From a virus, in IMG/VR virus record IMGVR_UViG_3300042287_000907: a DNA stretch of 64,000 bases; one strand, written 5' to 3'. This document shows positions 53,501 through 63,555 of this stretch, piece after piece. Positions within the stretch are counted from its first letter, which is position 1, and each line of letters begins with the position of its first letter. The translations under genes were made by a program, and so were the position numbers. A model generated the notes under the pieces. The model did no database searches. It worked only from the letters and a program-made list of their open reading frames with translations, and was not told where the DNA came from.

Positions 53501-54748
53501 TCATTGTGTATAGCTTCCTATTTTGACAGGTATAGAAAATATAGGCTTATACCCTGTAGGAAGTCCGGCAGAATCGTGGTGTAGAAATTCAGAATCGATC
53601 CCACGTAAATAACTATATATGTGATGATTCCATTTGTCTCTTACTAATTTGGTTTCATGATGTTCCCAAAAAACCCAATCCTGTGGTTTTCCGTTGTGTA
53701 TTCCGTTTAAAAACTTAATATCTTTGACTACCTGAAATCTATCAAAAGACCAATAAGGATATAATACCTTTTTGGAAATATCACTTTTCTTGTTAAATTT
53801 TAAACTTGCTATAGATAATGGATCGTATCCCTCTAGATTTTCATATTTGTATTTTTCTTCGAGCAACCACCGATCTTCTGGATTATTCTTATAATACAGA
53901 AAATTCTGATATGCCATTTCTACAGCCAATAACGGCATGTCAGGAGTCCAATAAAAATATTCACCTCCATTACCAGTGTAGGTTACATTGTGCTGCAACG
54001 TCCAATCAACAAAATGCATTTTCACTGTGTTCGGATCATCATCTAGAACTATCAAATTAGGTTTGTCTGCTCCCTCGATTAACCCAACTTTGAGGCCTTT
54101 GTTACTTAGATTTTTTTCATGATCTGAAAACCATTGCATCCTATAAAAACTAGTTGGACTGTGATAGTGATTTTGTTTTTCAAACATCGCATCTTCAACA
54201 TTTTTTTCTCTAGTTATATCTGATAGCCAATCATCGATATGTATTTCTATCTCCGGATAATTTTTGGAGATCCAATCTAAGTCAGGCTTGATCACAAAGT
54301 CCCATTCACTCAACTCGTTTCGGGGAGAAAAGTCTATGTTATTAGGCTTGTACAACCCTTTTCCGATAGCAGAGACTGGCCAATTCACATAGATAGCATC
54401 TAATTTTATCTTGTTTTTAAGAAAGGTCATTAACACATTGTGGCTATCGGATCCTCCGCTATAACGTAAAATTAGATAATCATACTTGTCTCGCAGTTGT
54501 TGAGCTCTTTCTTTATAGAGATTTTCTAGGGGAGTAGTTCCCAACAACCTGTAATCTATACTTTTAAATAGATCAAAATAATACATAAAAACTACACGAG
54601 CATTTATGCCTTGTTTTCTAAGACGAGTGGCCTCTAAAAGTGCTTCTACTTTATTAAAGTAATCATTGATCTTTTGACGAGTAGTACAATTATAAACTCT
54701 ATAGCATCCCGAAGGGGTTGCCGATAAATCTATTTCATTCATGATCAA
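53501..54748 (-). CDS. PP-loop (adenine nucleotide alpha hydrolase) protein, paralog 1
   Basis: LYKERAQQLRDKYDYLIL.YSGGSDS, G.DKP, EYFYW.PD. Confidence 0.75.
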   Translation of the reverse strand: MIMNEIDLSATPSGCYRVYNCTTRQKINDYFNKVEALLEATRLRKQGINARVVFMYYFDLFKSIDYRLLGTTPLENLYKERAQQLRDKYDYLILRYSGGSDSHNVLMTFLKNKIKLDAIYVNWPVSAIGKGLYKPNNIDFSPRNELSEWDFVIKPDLDWISKNYPEIEIHIDDWLSDITREKNVEDAMFEKQNHYHSPTSFYRMQWFSDHEKNLSNKGLKVGLIEGADKPNLIVLDDDPNTVKMHFVDWTLQHNVTYTGNGGEYFYWTPDMPLLAVEMAYQNFLYYKNNPEDRWLLEEKYKYENLEGYDPLSIASLKFNKKSDISKKVLYPYWSFDRFQVVKDIKFLNGIHNGKPQDWVFWEHHETKLVRDKWNHHIYSYLRGIDSEFLHHDSAGLPTGYKPIFSIPVKIGSYTQ

Positions 54749-56055
54749 CCTTTTTCAAAAATTCCCAAACAATGTTTATTCAGTAATTCAAAAACGTCAG
54801 GAAGAACTTCTTTCCACTTGGTGTTTCTTTTTAGATCTAGAATATCCATTTTAGTTACAAAATCTTTTACATGATCTAAATTAACATGATCCATATATGT
54901 CTCAAGCATGTTTATTTCTATCCTAGCATACTTGAGGTATTGGGGATCATGTGAATAATCTAATAAATTTTTTATGATTTCTTCTTTTGCTGATCTGGGT
55001 AAGTGCCTTATATTCAACCACTCTGGACCATCTAAAAATCTATATTGTTGTTGTTTGATTCCGTGTTTTTTACAAAATTCGTAAACTCTTTGAACGCTGT
55101 AAATACTGGCTATTCCTATGCAGGTGCTGAGATAACTAATGTCTATGTTGTGTTCTTTAATGTAAATTAAATTTTTTTCAAAGGTTTCAAAATTTCCCAT
55201 GTAACGAATTAGATCATATCTTTCTTCAGTTTCGTCTATGCTTATGCACAAAAATACATTTTTAAAATTTATCCATTTGTCTATAACTTTTTTGTTAATG
55301 ACGCTGAGATTCGTATCATACCTCAATTGTATATTTTTGGATAATCCTCTTTCAATCAACTTATCTAGACATTCCTGCATCTGAGGCACTAATAACGGCT
55401 CCCCGCCTGTGAAATAAATGTACTCGAGTTGCGGAGCAATTTTATCAAACATTTCCCACCATCTCTCTGATTCCCACCAAGGCTCGTATCCAGCCATCCG
55501 ATATTTTCCGTTGTTGTCTTGATATATAGGAAATTCTTTTCTTTTGAGAACAAAATTGCTGCTACCAGTTAGAGCCACCCAATCTTCATACCACTGATTG
55601 CTGTGTAAAGGACTACACATGATGCATTTTTGATTACACAAATTTCCAAAGCGAAGATCTAAATTTATCACTTTAGGATTCAATAATGTTCCGTCCGACA
55701 GTGTGACGTCTTTGGCCGTTTCAACATTTATATAATTTTTTAATTCTACGGCGGTCTGTTGAAGTACACGTTGACGTTTGCTTGCACCATTAGCACATTC
55801 GACATCATAACAATTTGTACACCTCAAAGGTTGTATATTTCGAGACATGTCTCTTCTATGTTTTTTGTGTGTCTCACTGTTCATTGCTTCATCAATAGAA
55901 TGCGTCATCACATTGAGAACTTTGTCGTTGATATCTCTGGCCATTCCGTAATCTGTGTCATAGTTAGCTAGACAACATATCTTGTAATCTCCTTGTCCAT
56001 CTATTTCAATTTGGCTCCATGCCTCAGGACAAAAAGATTCTAAATTAAAGCTCAT
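54745..56055 (-). CDS. Radical SAM protein with an N-terminal twitch/SPASM-like Cys cluster
   Basis: CNQKCIMC, FTGGEP, YDTN; N-terminal C..W...G...CC and C..C. Confidence 0.9.
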   Translation of the reverse strand: MSFNLESFCPEAWSQIEIDGQGDYKICCLANYDTDYGMARDINDKVLNVMTHSIDEAMNSETHKKHRRDMSRNIQPLRCTNCYDVECANGASKRQRVLQQTAVELKNYINVETAKDVTLSDGTLLNPKVINLDLRFGNLCNQKCIMCSPLHSNQWYEDWVALTGSSNFVLKRKEFPIYQDNNGKYRMAGYEPWWESERWWEMFDKIAPQLEYIYFTGGEPLLVPQMQECLDKLIERGLSKNIQLRYDTNLSVINKKVIDKWINFKNVFLCISIDETEERYDLIRYMGNFETFEKNLIYIKEHNIDISYLSTCIGIASIYSVQRVYEFCKKHGIKQQQYRFLDGPEWLNIRHLPRSAKEEIIKNLLDYSHDPQYLKYARIEINMLETYMDHVNLDHVKDFVTKMDILDLKRNTKWKEVLPDVFELLNKHCLGIFEKG

Positions 56056-56100
56056 GTGATTTCCTCCGCAATTTACTTAGCAAAAATTCTAAGTAGAAAA

Positions 56101-56862
56101 ATGAATACTGATAAATACCTTGTGATTAAACTTGTCAATAATGAACTATTTGTAGGACTTGAATCTTTTTTGGATCTCAAAAAATTAGACGATTTGCATG
56201 ATAAAATATCTTATGCTATCGGAAAGAGCGCAGATTCAATTTATCCTGCTAGCCCCCCTTCCTACTCGTTTGCTGAGTCTGAATTGATGTCTCATCATCA
56301 ATTGAAAGAGGAATTGAGGAAGGAAACTCCCGAACTAAACAATTTTCAATTAGATTGGTATGCATTGATGCATGGATGTGCTGGTCACGGATTTTGTCTT
56401 TTCCTTAGAAACATCAGCAACTATCCGGCAGATTTTAGATTTAAATGTTTAAATTCTTACACATCGTTAACTCCCGCCGGACATAATTTTGATTTTCTGT
56501 TTAATTGGATTGACGATCAAAATTGTTTCAAGGAATATGGTAGAGTGTTATTTTTTATATCACCTGCTGGATCCGAGGGAATCATACATCGTGACAACAA
56601 AGGTTTAGATGAATATGTAGATAATTTTATTTGGATAACTGGTAAACATCCTAAAAAGTTATTTTTATTCGACACAGACACCGGCGAACGACACGTGTCT
56701 GATCATAGAGCAATGTATTTCATGAACCATAATTATCATGGCACTGTTAATGATTCGGATTACTGGAGTTGGAGTCTTAGAATTGACGGGGTGTTTACTG
56801 ACGAGTTCTTAGAAAAAACTCATTTAAATAATTTTTTCGAAAATTCTAAACCCAATCATTGA
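56101..56862 (+). CDS. Hypothetical protein, 2OG-Fe(II)-like
   Basis: IHRD, YHG, SLRIDG; start uncertain. Confidence 0.55.
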   Translation: MNTDKYLVIKLVNNELFVGLESFLDLKKLDDLHDKISYAIGKSADSIYPASPPSYSFAESELMSHHQLKEELRKETPELNNFQLDWYALMHGCAGHGFCLFLRNISNYPADFRFKCLNSYTSLTPAGHNFDFLFNWIDDQNCFKEYGRVLFFISPAGSEGIIHRDNKGLDEYVDNFIWITGKHPKKLFLFDTDTGERHVSDHRAMYFMNHNYHGTVNDSDYWSWSLRIDGVFTDEFLEKTHLNNFFENSKPNH

Positions 56863-57362
56863 TGTTCATTTACGGACATTACCAGATGAATTCTACCTAA
56901 AGTTTCATGTCCATTTAAAAAAGTATGTAACTTGGTAGTGTCAGTCGAATAGATTCTACCTTCTAGCAATCTAAAACATTGTTTTTCAATCGGCCAAACC
57001 ATCCAGCACTGATCGTTTGTTACAATAGGAATATGTATTCTTTTAAACGGATCAGCATGAACAGAATAGCATTTTCTTGGATCCATCAAAATAATTCTGC
57101 TTCTGAAACCTTTAAATCGTTGTATAAGACCTTCAATGGATGATCCCTTTAAAACTGAATTAATCACTTGATATTTGGTTTCATCTTGTTCACTCAAGGC
57201 CTTCAAGGACCCAGTATTATTGTACCAATCATCTTGTCCTTCATAGAGATTTTGTAATGATATTTGATTATCTTTAAACCCTATGTTGGCAATGATATCG
57301 TTGATATCCTTGGTTAACTCAGAAAAATTTTCTAGTTTTTCAATATGTGTAAACAGCATGAA
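56856..57362 (-). CDS. Aspartyl/asparaginyl beta-hydroxylase-like oxygenase
   Basis: YSVHAD...RIHIPI.TN, HTFLN....RIHLV; start uncertain. Confidence 0.7.
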   Translation of the reverse strand, partial: FMLFTHIEKLENFSELTKDINDIIANIGFKDNQISLQNLYEGQDDWYNNTGSLKALSEQDETKYQVINSVLKGSSIEGLIQRFKGFRSRIILMDPRKCYSVHADPFKRIHIPIVTNDQCWMVWPIEKQCFRLLEGRIYSTDTTKLHTFLNGHETLGRIHLVMSVNEHQ

Positions 57363-57402
57363 TTTATTTATGACCAGGCAATTGCTTATAAATATTTGTA
57401 AC

Positions 57403-58590
57403 ATGGATTATCAGAAATACCCTAAACTTCTTTCAAAATACGGATGTTGGATTGTAGATAACAAGGGGTTTACAAAAAAATTCGACGCCTTTCAATACGC
57501 TTCGATACATAAAAAAGATCAAATTCATTTTTATTACCATAATCATATCTGGGAAAATTTTGATAGATCTCTGTTAGGAAAAATTCCTCTACCCAATCTT
57601 TACAAGCAACGAGCTGAACAGCTGAGAGATCGATATTCGCATCTAGTTTTGCATTTCAGCGGTGGTTCGGACAGTTACAATATACTACATACTTTTTTAA
57701 CACACAAAATAAAATTAGACGAAATAGTAGTGAAATGGCCTAAAATTTTATCTGACAAAAAATTTTACACGCCTAATGTCAACGACACCTCTGCTAGAAA
57801 TAGTCTAAGTGAATGGGACTATGCTATTGAGCCTGTTTTAAAAAGAATATCAAAATCTAATCCAGAGATCAAAATTACCATAGTCGATTATGTAGAAAAT
57901 CTTATGTCTAAAAATATCACAGACATTATAGAGGAAAAATTAGATCACAACAACTATTTCTATTCTAATTATACTCCGGCAGTTTTTTTTATGTCAGCGA
58001 ACATAGATAAATTCGATGCTAGATATACACCAGAAAATACTGCCCACATTTTCGGAATAGAAAAGCCAGTGCTATCAGAAAAACCTGATGGAATATATTT
58101 ACATTTTGCAGATCATGCATTTGATATGTTAGCTGTAGATCCTAACCTAGGTACCAAAGAACCTTTTTATTGGACTGCAGATTTACCGATCTTACCTATG
58201 GAGCAGGCATATCAATGTGCCTTACATATGGTAGCTGATTCTAAATTTAATAATTTTTTGTATAAAAATAGTTTAGTGAGTGCAGCCCGGGGCAACAGGA
58301 TCATGAAAGCACAAAATAAAATTTTTAAAAAAGTTCTTTACGCCGAATCATGGAATGATGATATTTTCCAGGCAGAAAAACCCAATATACAAAGAAATGA
58401 TTGGTACTACTGGATGTACGAGATTGCTGATTTAAGTTGTGCAAGAAACATTTTTTCCAATGTTGTAAAAGACATAACTATTGATGTAAACAGCAAATTT
58501 TTTCAAGATCCGACAAATATAAATTACGGACTAAGAAAACTTAAAACCAGAGCATTTAAGGTGTTAGATTTAAAAATAAATAACTTTTAA
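57403..58590 (+). CDS. PP-loop protein, paralog 2
   Basis: LYKQRAEQLRDRY..LVL.FSGGSDS, GIEKP, EPFYW..D. Confidence 0.75.
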   Translation: MDYQKYPKLLSKYGCWIVDNKGFTKKFDAFQYASIHKKDQIHFYYHNHIWENFDRSLLGKIPLPNLYKQRAEQLRDRYSHLVLHFSGGSDSYNILHTFLTHKIKLDEIVVKWPKILSDKKFYTPNVNDTSARNSLSEWDYAIEPVLKRISKSNPEIKITIVDYVENLMSKNITDIIEEKLDHNNYFYSNYTPAVFFMSANIDKFDARYTPENTAHIFGIEKPVLSEKPDGIYLHFADHAFDMLAVDPNLGTKEPFYWTADLPILPMEQAYQCALHMVADSKFNNFLYKNSLVSAARGNRIMKAQNKIFKKVLYAESWNDDIFQAEKPNIQRNDWYYWMYEIADLSCARNIFSNVVKDITIDVNSKFFQDPTNINYGLRKLKTRAFKVLDLKINNF

Positions 58591-58603
58591 TTAAGGGGAA
58601 AAA

Positions 58604-58906
58604 ATGTCTTTTCAGGTTATACACATCTTTAGAAGAGTCGATGAGTCTATACCATGGCACATCGAATATTTCAGCAAACTTCCTAAAAAAAGATTTGAAT
58701 ATATAAAGGCGCAGGAAACATTCAAAGTATCTAGAATCGTATTGGAATTAGATCCGTTAACATTAGAAGTTACACAGGATTGGGAAAGCGAGGCTTTATA
58801 TGAAGATTATATGCAATACCCGGCGGTGGTCGGAATGCAGAAAGAGTTTGATTTATACAATCAAAATAATGGAATATCCAAAGAATCAAAAATGTTAACA
58901 ACATAA
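58604..58906 (+). CDS. Hypothetical protein
   Basis: AAGGGG SD; 100 aa. Confidence 0.6.
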   Translation: MSFQVIHIFRRVDESIPWHIEYFSKLPKKRFEYIKAQETFKVSRIVLELDPLTLEVTQDWESEALYEDYMQYPAVVGMQKEFDLYNQNNGISKESKMLTT

Positions 58907-58927
58907 CAGTGCTCAATTAATCATAGA

Positions 58928-59974
58928 ATGCCTTTTAGAATTACTAATTTAGAAACAGTCGTTATAAAAATTCCGCTGAAAAATCCTATGTTTCTTTCTG
59001 GTAGGTGCATAAGTCATGCAGAAAATATAATTGTCAAAATTGAATCAGATGGATTAGTCGGTTGGGGCGAATCAGCATCAGCTCCTAGAATGACTGGTGA
59101 CACAGTTTCTGGCATGAACGAAATTATTAATCGTTGGTTCAAAACTTTTGTTATTGGTCAAGAAATTTCAAATTACAAAAAAATTATTTCAGACATAGAC
59201 AAAATGTTCTATGGTAATACCGGAGCTAAATTTGCGGTATACTCGGCTTTACTAGATTTATATTGCAGAGCTAACGATGTGTCATTGCATCAATTATTAG
59301 GAAAAAAAATTAGAAATGATATTGCAAGTTTAAGAATATTAGCTAACGAAACCATAGAGGACGATCTTAACGAAGCTGAAGCATGTTACCTGTCCGGAGT
59401 TAAATTTTTCAAAGTTAAAATAGGCAAACACAATATTGACGATGAGATTTCGTTGATACATCGCCTAAGAGAAATTACACATAATTCCAATCTTTGTGTT
59501 GATTCAAACAGTGGAATTTCTACAGAATCTTTTCAAAAGTTTGTTCGAGAAACATCTAGAGATAACATACTCTTTATCGAAGATTGTAATTCTCTCGACC
59601 TAGGTGTAAGTGTGTGTCTAGATCAAGACATTTTTACCTGTAAAGATATTCGCGAAATGATGAATCTAGGCACTGGTCAGGGGGTAAATTTAAAACTAAT
59701 GAAATTCAGTGATCCCTTCAAACTGGTCGAGGCCGCCAATCTAACAAACGATCTAGGATTGAATATAAATTTGTCCGGTAAGATAGCCGAGACTGGCATT
59801 GCTAGTTCGGTTCTGTTAAACTGTGCTGCCGTGGCACCTAATATAAATTGGGGTGTAAGCACTACTAATCAATATCTGCTTCAAGACATTATTACAAAAA
59901 CAGACTCGTCAAACTTCGAGCCTGTGACTGTAGATGAATATCTTGTAAAGCAATTTAAGTATACCGATGTATAG
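58928..59974 (+). CDS. Enolase-superfamily enzyme (muconate cycloisomerase/dipeptide epimerase-like)
   Basis: G.VGWGE, KVKIG, VDSN, IED, NLKLMK, ET. Confidence 0.85.
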   Translation: MPFRITNLETVVIKIPLKNPMFLSGRCISHAENIIVKIESDGLVGWGESASAPRMTGDTVSGMNEIINRWFKTFVIGQEISNYKKIISDIDKMFYGNTGAKFAVYSALLDLYCRANDVSLHQLLGKKIRNDIASLRILANETIEDDLNEAEACYLSGVKFFKVKIGKHNIDDEISLIHRLREITHNSNLCVDSNSGISTESFQKFVRETSRDNILFIEDCNSLDLGVSVCLDQDIFTCKDIREMMNLGTGQGVNLKLMKFSDPFKLVEAANLTNDLGLNINLSGKIAETGIASSVLLNCAAVAPNINWGVSTTNQYLLQDIITKTDSSNFEPVTVDEYLVKQFKYTDV

Positions 59975-60728
59975 TATCTGCGGTACAGTCTTTTAGAATT
60001 TTATCGCTCTCGTCTGTACGAACTGCGGTTATAATCATTACCACTCTAGGTTTATAACTCATGTTTGCAGTACAGTGAGGAATATTTAACGTGTCAAAAA
60101 TATGTACATCACCGGCACGCCACTGTGTTAGAACAGAATTACCATAAACCATTATCTGTCCCGGCTCGTAATCTTCTAAAAATATTACCATTCTAGACAT
60201 TTTATGCGGAGCCAACGGATTCCTGTGCCAAAGTTTGTCTACGTGCCAAGTAAATAGCTGTCCGGGCATTTGCACATGCACTCGAGTTCTTAATCTTTTG
60301 AACTTCCAATATTCTCCCATCTTCTGTAAGGAAGGAATATGACACATGTCTGGTTCCGGAACCATTTGAACAAAATCGTTTGTTACTCCGCTTTGTTCTA
60401 GATCGTAATCTTCTTGATTTTGAAGAGGACTCACTCCACCAGGGAACCCTGGATGGACACCGATTTTCGAAAGGTCTGACCAACCTACATCTTTGGATTT
60501 TTCAATCAGCCAAGGAATGATTTTTGGTATCTCTGGGTCTAATTCAAATCTTCCTAACTGATGATACCAATCTCCTTCTTCTTCTTTTTTCCATTTATCG
60601 AAATGATAACTGCTGAAATTTTCTTTGATATATTCTAAATTGCTTTGGTACTTTTCAGCCCCTTGATATTGAAAATCAGCAGGCAAAGAATGATACCTAG
60701 CTCTCGATTCATAAATTTTTGGATCCAT
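59955..60728 (-). CDS. 2OG-Fe(II)/beta-hydroxylase-like oxygenase
   Basis: Q.PGQ...WHVD, W.AGD, PHCTAN....R. Confidence 0.7.
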   Translation of the reverse strand: MDPKIYESRARYHSLPADFQYQGAEKYQSNLEYIKENFSSYHFDKWKKEEEGDWYHQLGRFELDPEIPKIIPWLIEKSKDVGWSDLSKIGVHPGFPGGVSPLQNQEDYDLEQSGVTNDFVQMVPEPDMCHIPSLQKMGEYWKFKRLRTRVHVQMPGQLFTWHVDKLWHRNPLAPHKMSRMVIFLEDYEPGQIMVYGNSVLTQWRAGDVHIFDTLNIPHCTANMSYKPRVVMIITAVRTDESDKILKDCTADTIHRYT

Positions 60729-60916
60729 TATTTTTCCTCTGTTTCATAAGCTATAACAATGAGCCAATCCACAAAGTCTGTGTCATCCTCATCTAATACA
60801 CCGGTTTTTCCATCGTAGCAGTACATGACTTTACATCTAGGACGCTTGGCATCTGGGGGTGGTAACACTCCCTCTTTCCATGGTCGAATCTTCATGGTTG
60901 AAGAATCAGTATTCAT
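60728..60916 (-). CDS. Small hypothetical protein
   Basis: Coupled in a minus-strand operon. Confidence 0.55.
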   Translation of the reverse strand: MNTDSSTMKIRPWKEGVLPPPDAKRPRCKVMYCYDGKTGVLDEDDTDFVDWLIVIAYETEEK

Positions 60917-60918
60917 AT

Positions 60919-61845
60919 TTATTTGAATTCTATTTTATATTTTTTGATCAACTCACTCTGTCGGTTGATAACTTCAAACACGTATTCACGATCTCCAACA
61001 TCTTTTCCGAAATAAGCCTTAGTGTAGGTATCTTCTGTTTGTTTATCATTTAGATATTCTTTTAAAAGTGTAGACCATGCATTATGTACTTTTTTATCAG
61101 TCCCTGGTGGTAATCCAATAAAAAACAATTCGCCGTGTTGCCACGAAGGTATTTTACTTTTGAGATCTAAGACACCCGTCGGTAACCCAGACTTGCCTGC
61201 AGAAAAACCAAAGATAATTTTAACCTTCCCGGATTCTGCCAAAGGCAATGCCGTTGACATGGGAACCAATGCCAACGGAATATGTTTTCCTGCCACATCT
61301 CTACTTGACTCGGTTGATGTTTTGTACGGTATTAGCAGAGGTTTAGGCGCTTCGAGTTTTTCTACAAGCTGATTTAGATTTATGAGATTGGCCACCGCAT
61401 GCCAACCTATTTTTGTTTCTGGATCGTTGGATTTAAGAATACGAACGAAATCATTGTAATTTTCATACCTGCTACCAGGAAATGTTATGAAAGCATTAGC
61501 ATTTCCGCCAGTGGTCACAATCGGATCGATTACTTCTCTACTTAATCGTTCTTTAGCTAACCATGAATTGCTGGTTGAATTTATCATCAACACAGATCCG
61601 TCTTTATTTGATGTTGCTAATTCATTTGCGGCTATTGTGCTGTTACCTCCAGGCTTGTAAATAGGATTCAAATTGATTCCTCTTTTTGCCAGCCACAGTG
61701 AAAGATGACGCACCTGTATATCTGAAATTCCGCCCGGACCATACGGTACTAAGATATTAACATCTTTTGGAATTTCTACGGTGGGGTTTGCCCACAGTGG
61801 ATTTGTTACAAAAATCATCGCCAACCAAACTAAAATTCTTTTCAT
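60919..61845 (-). CDS. TctC/Bug family substrate-binding protein
   Basis: LVPYGPGGISD, KPGG...IA, DG, IPYK. Confidence 0.8.
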   Translation of the reverse strand: MKRILVWLAMIFVTNPLWANPTVEIPKDVNILVPYGPGGISDIQVRHLSLWLAKRGINLNPIYKPGGNSTIAANELATSNKDGSVLMINSTSNSWLAKERLSREVIDPIVTTGGNANAFITFPGSRYENYNDFVRILKSNDPETKIGWHAVANLINLNQLVEKLEAPKPLLIPYKTSTESSRDVAGKHIPLALVPMSTALPLAESGKVKIIFGFSAGKSGLPTGVLDLKSKIPSWQHGELFFIGLPPGTDKKVHNAWSTLLKEYLNDKQTEDTYTKAYFGKDVGDREYVFEVINRQSELIKKYKIEFK

Positions 61846-61931
61846 TAGTATTTTCCTTGATGCCTTCAGTTGATATTTATAAAACGTTCATTTTTAAATT
61901 TTCAAATATGACACAATATAAATAGTCCACC

Positions 61932-63095
61932 ATGATAAAAAAAGCGTTAGGCTACTACAAGGTAGATAATATAGAATTTGATTCCAAGATACAGGCATGT
62001 TTGTTTGCAACTAAATTTTCAAAACCAGTAACATGGATCTTCAACGACGACATATTTTCAAACTATGATTGGTCCCTAGAACCTTCACTGTCATTAGATG
62101 CCTTGTATGATATGAGATCTAGATCTCTTAGAGAAAAATATGACTATATTATTATTAGCTACAGCGGCGGTGCCGATAGCCATAATATCGTTGAAAGTTT
62201 CCTAAGGCAGGGATTGCATATAGATGAATTGTTGATCAACACAATGTCTGAAGGAAATGGAAATTTTATGAACATTTCCCAAGACAACAAAAGTTCTCAT
62301 AATGCTGCTGCTTCCGAACATGTTCTACAGACATTACCCCGACTACAAGAAATACAAAATAGGTCTCCTAAAACTAAGATCACTATTGTGGATCTAACTA
62401 AATTTTTATTTTCTTTTTTTGATGATCACGGAGATGCCAGTTGGATTGAAACAAAGAGAGAAGGTCTGAATCCGTTAAATGTAACAAGATATAATTATCT
62501 GTATTTTTCAGAAATAAGAAAAAAATTCGATAAAGATAAAAAAATTGCTATCATTTTAGGAGTGGAGAAACCCCGCACATATATACACAGCCAGACCAAT
62601 GACTTTTACATACGTTTCAATGATAGAGCTTCTAACATAGCCAGTGTAAATGATTTCGTTAAAGATTATCCAAATTCGACCGTAGAATATTTTTATTGGA
62701 GTCCTGAATCTGTAGATATGTTGTGTAAACAGGCACATGTTATAAAACGTTGGCTTGAACTTACACCGATGTATTTGGATCTATGGAGCGGGAAATCTTT
62801 ATCTAAAGAAGTTTTTAGATTGGTTCATGAAAGGGTGCTTAGAAATCTAATTTATTCGACATGGAACGAATCCTGGTACCAGGCTGATAAATCAACAAGA
62901 GATTGGTATAGTGAATTTGATTCGTGGTTTATTCAAGGTCATAGGGGTACTAAAACGCATTCCATATGGTTAGAAGGGTTGTCTTATGTACAATCGAACG
63001 CAGGAAATTTTGTAAACGTAAAAAACGGCATCGCAGATGGACTCGTTATGTTTAATCATGATTATAAAATAGGACCAATGAGTATTCATAAATAA
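61932..63095 (+). CDS. PP-loop protein, paralog 3
   Basis: LREKYDYIIISYSGGADS, GVEKP, EYFYWSP. Confidence 0.75.
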   Translation: MIKKALGYYKVDNIEFDSKIQACLFATKFSKPVTWIFNDDIFSNYDWSLEPSLSLDALYDMRSRSLREKYDYIIISYSGGADSHNIVESFLRQGLHIDELLINTMSEGNGNFMNISQDNKSSHNAAASEHVLQTLPRLQEIQNRSPKTKITIVDLTKFLFSFFDDHGDASWIETKREGLNPLNVTRYNYLYFSEIRKKFDKDKKIAIILGVEKPRTYIHSQTNDFYIRFNDRASNIASVNDFVKDYPNSTVEYFYWSPESVDMLCKQAHVIKRWLELTPMYLDLWSGKSLSKEVFRLVHERVLRNLIYSTWNESWYQADKSTRDWYSEFDSWFIQGHRGTKTHSIWLEGLSYVQSNAGNFVNVKNGIADGLVMFNHDYKIGPMSIHK

Positions 63096-63113
63096 ACCCA
63101 CAAAAGGTCAAAT

Positions 63114-63554
63114 ATGAAATTCAACGAAAACCATCCACGAAGTATTGCCAAGGTTATTTCCTGGCGGGTATTGATAACTGTATCTCACATAGTAAACGCC
63201 TTTGTGGTCACGGGTAGTTTGCTGATTGGAGTAAAGATAGCAGGGCTAGCTCTGGTAATTAACAGTGTAATGTTTTGGGTGCATGAACGTAGCTGGAACG
63301 TTATACAGTGGAATCGAAAAGAAAATGAAAAAATTAAATTCACAGAAGGACAATCGAGATCAATTTCAAAAGTTGTATCATGGAGAATTTTTATCACAGT
63401 CAGCAATTTTGTAATACCCTTTATTATGACTGGAAGTTGGGGGCAGGCTGCGTTATTTGCAGGAATGGCCACTGTTGTTAACATAGTCTTATATTGGAGT
63501 CACGAAAGATTATGGAACTGGATTCGATGGGGCAAACACTCAGTGATTGTTTAA
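63114..63554 (+). CDS. Tandem DUF2061 membrane protein
   Basis: Two RS..K..SWR...HER.W units. Confidence 0.85.
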   Translation: MKFNENHPRSIAKVISWRVLITVSHIVNAFVVTGSLLIGVKIAGLALVINSVMFWVHERSWNVIQWNRKENEKIKFTEGQSRSISKVVSWRIFITVSNFVIPFIMTGSWGQAALFAGMATVVNIVLYWSHERLWNWIRWGKHSVIV

Positions 63555-63555
63555 T

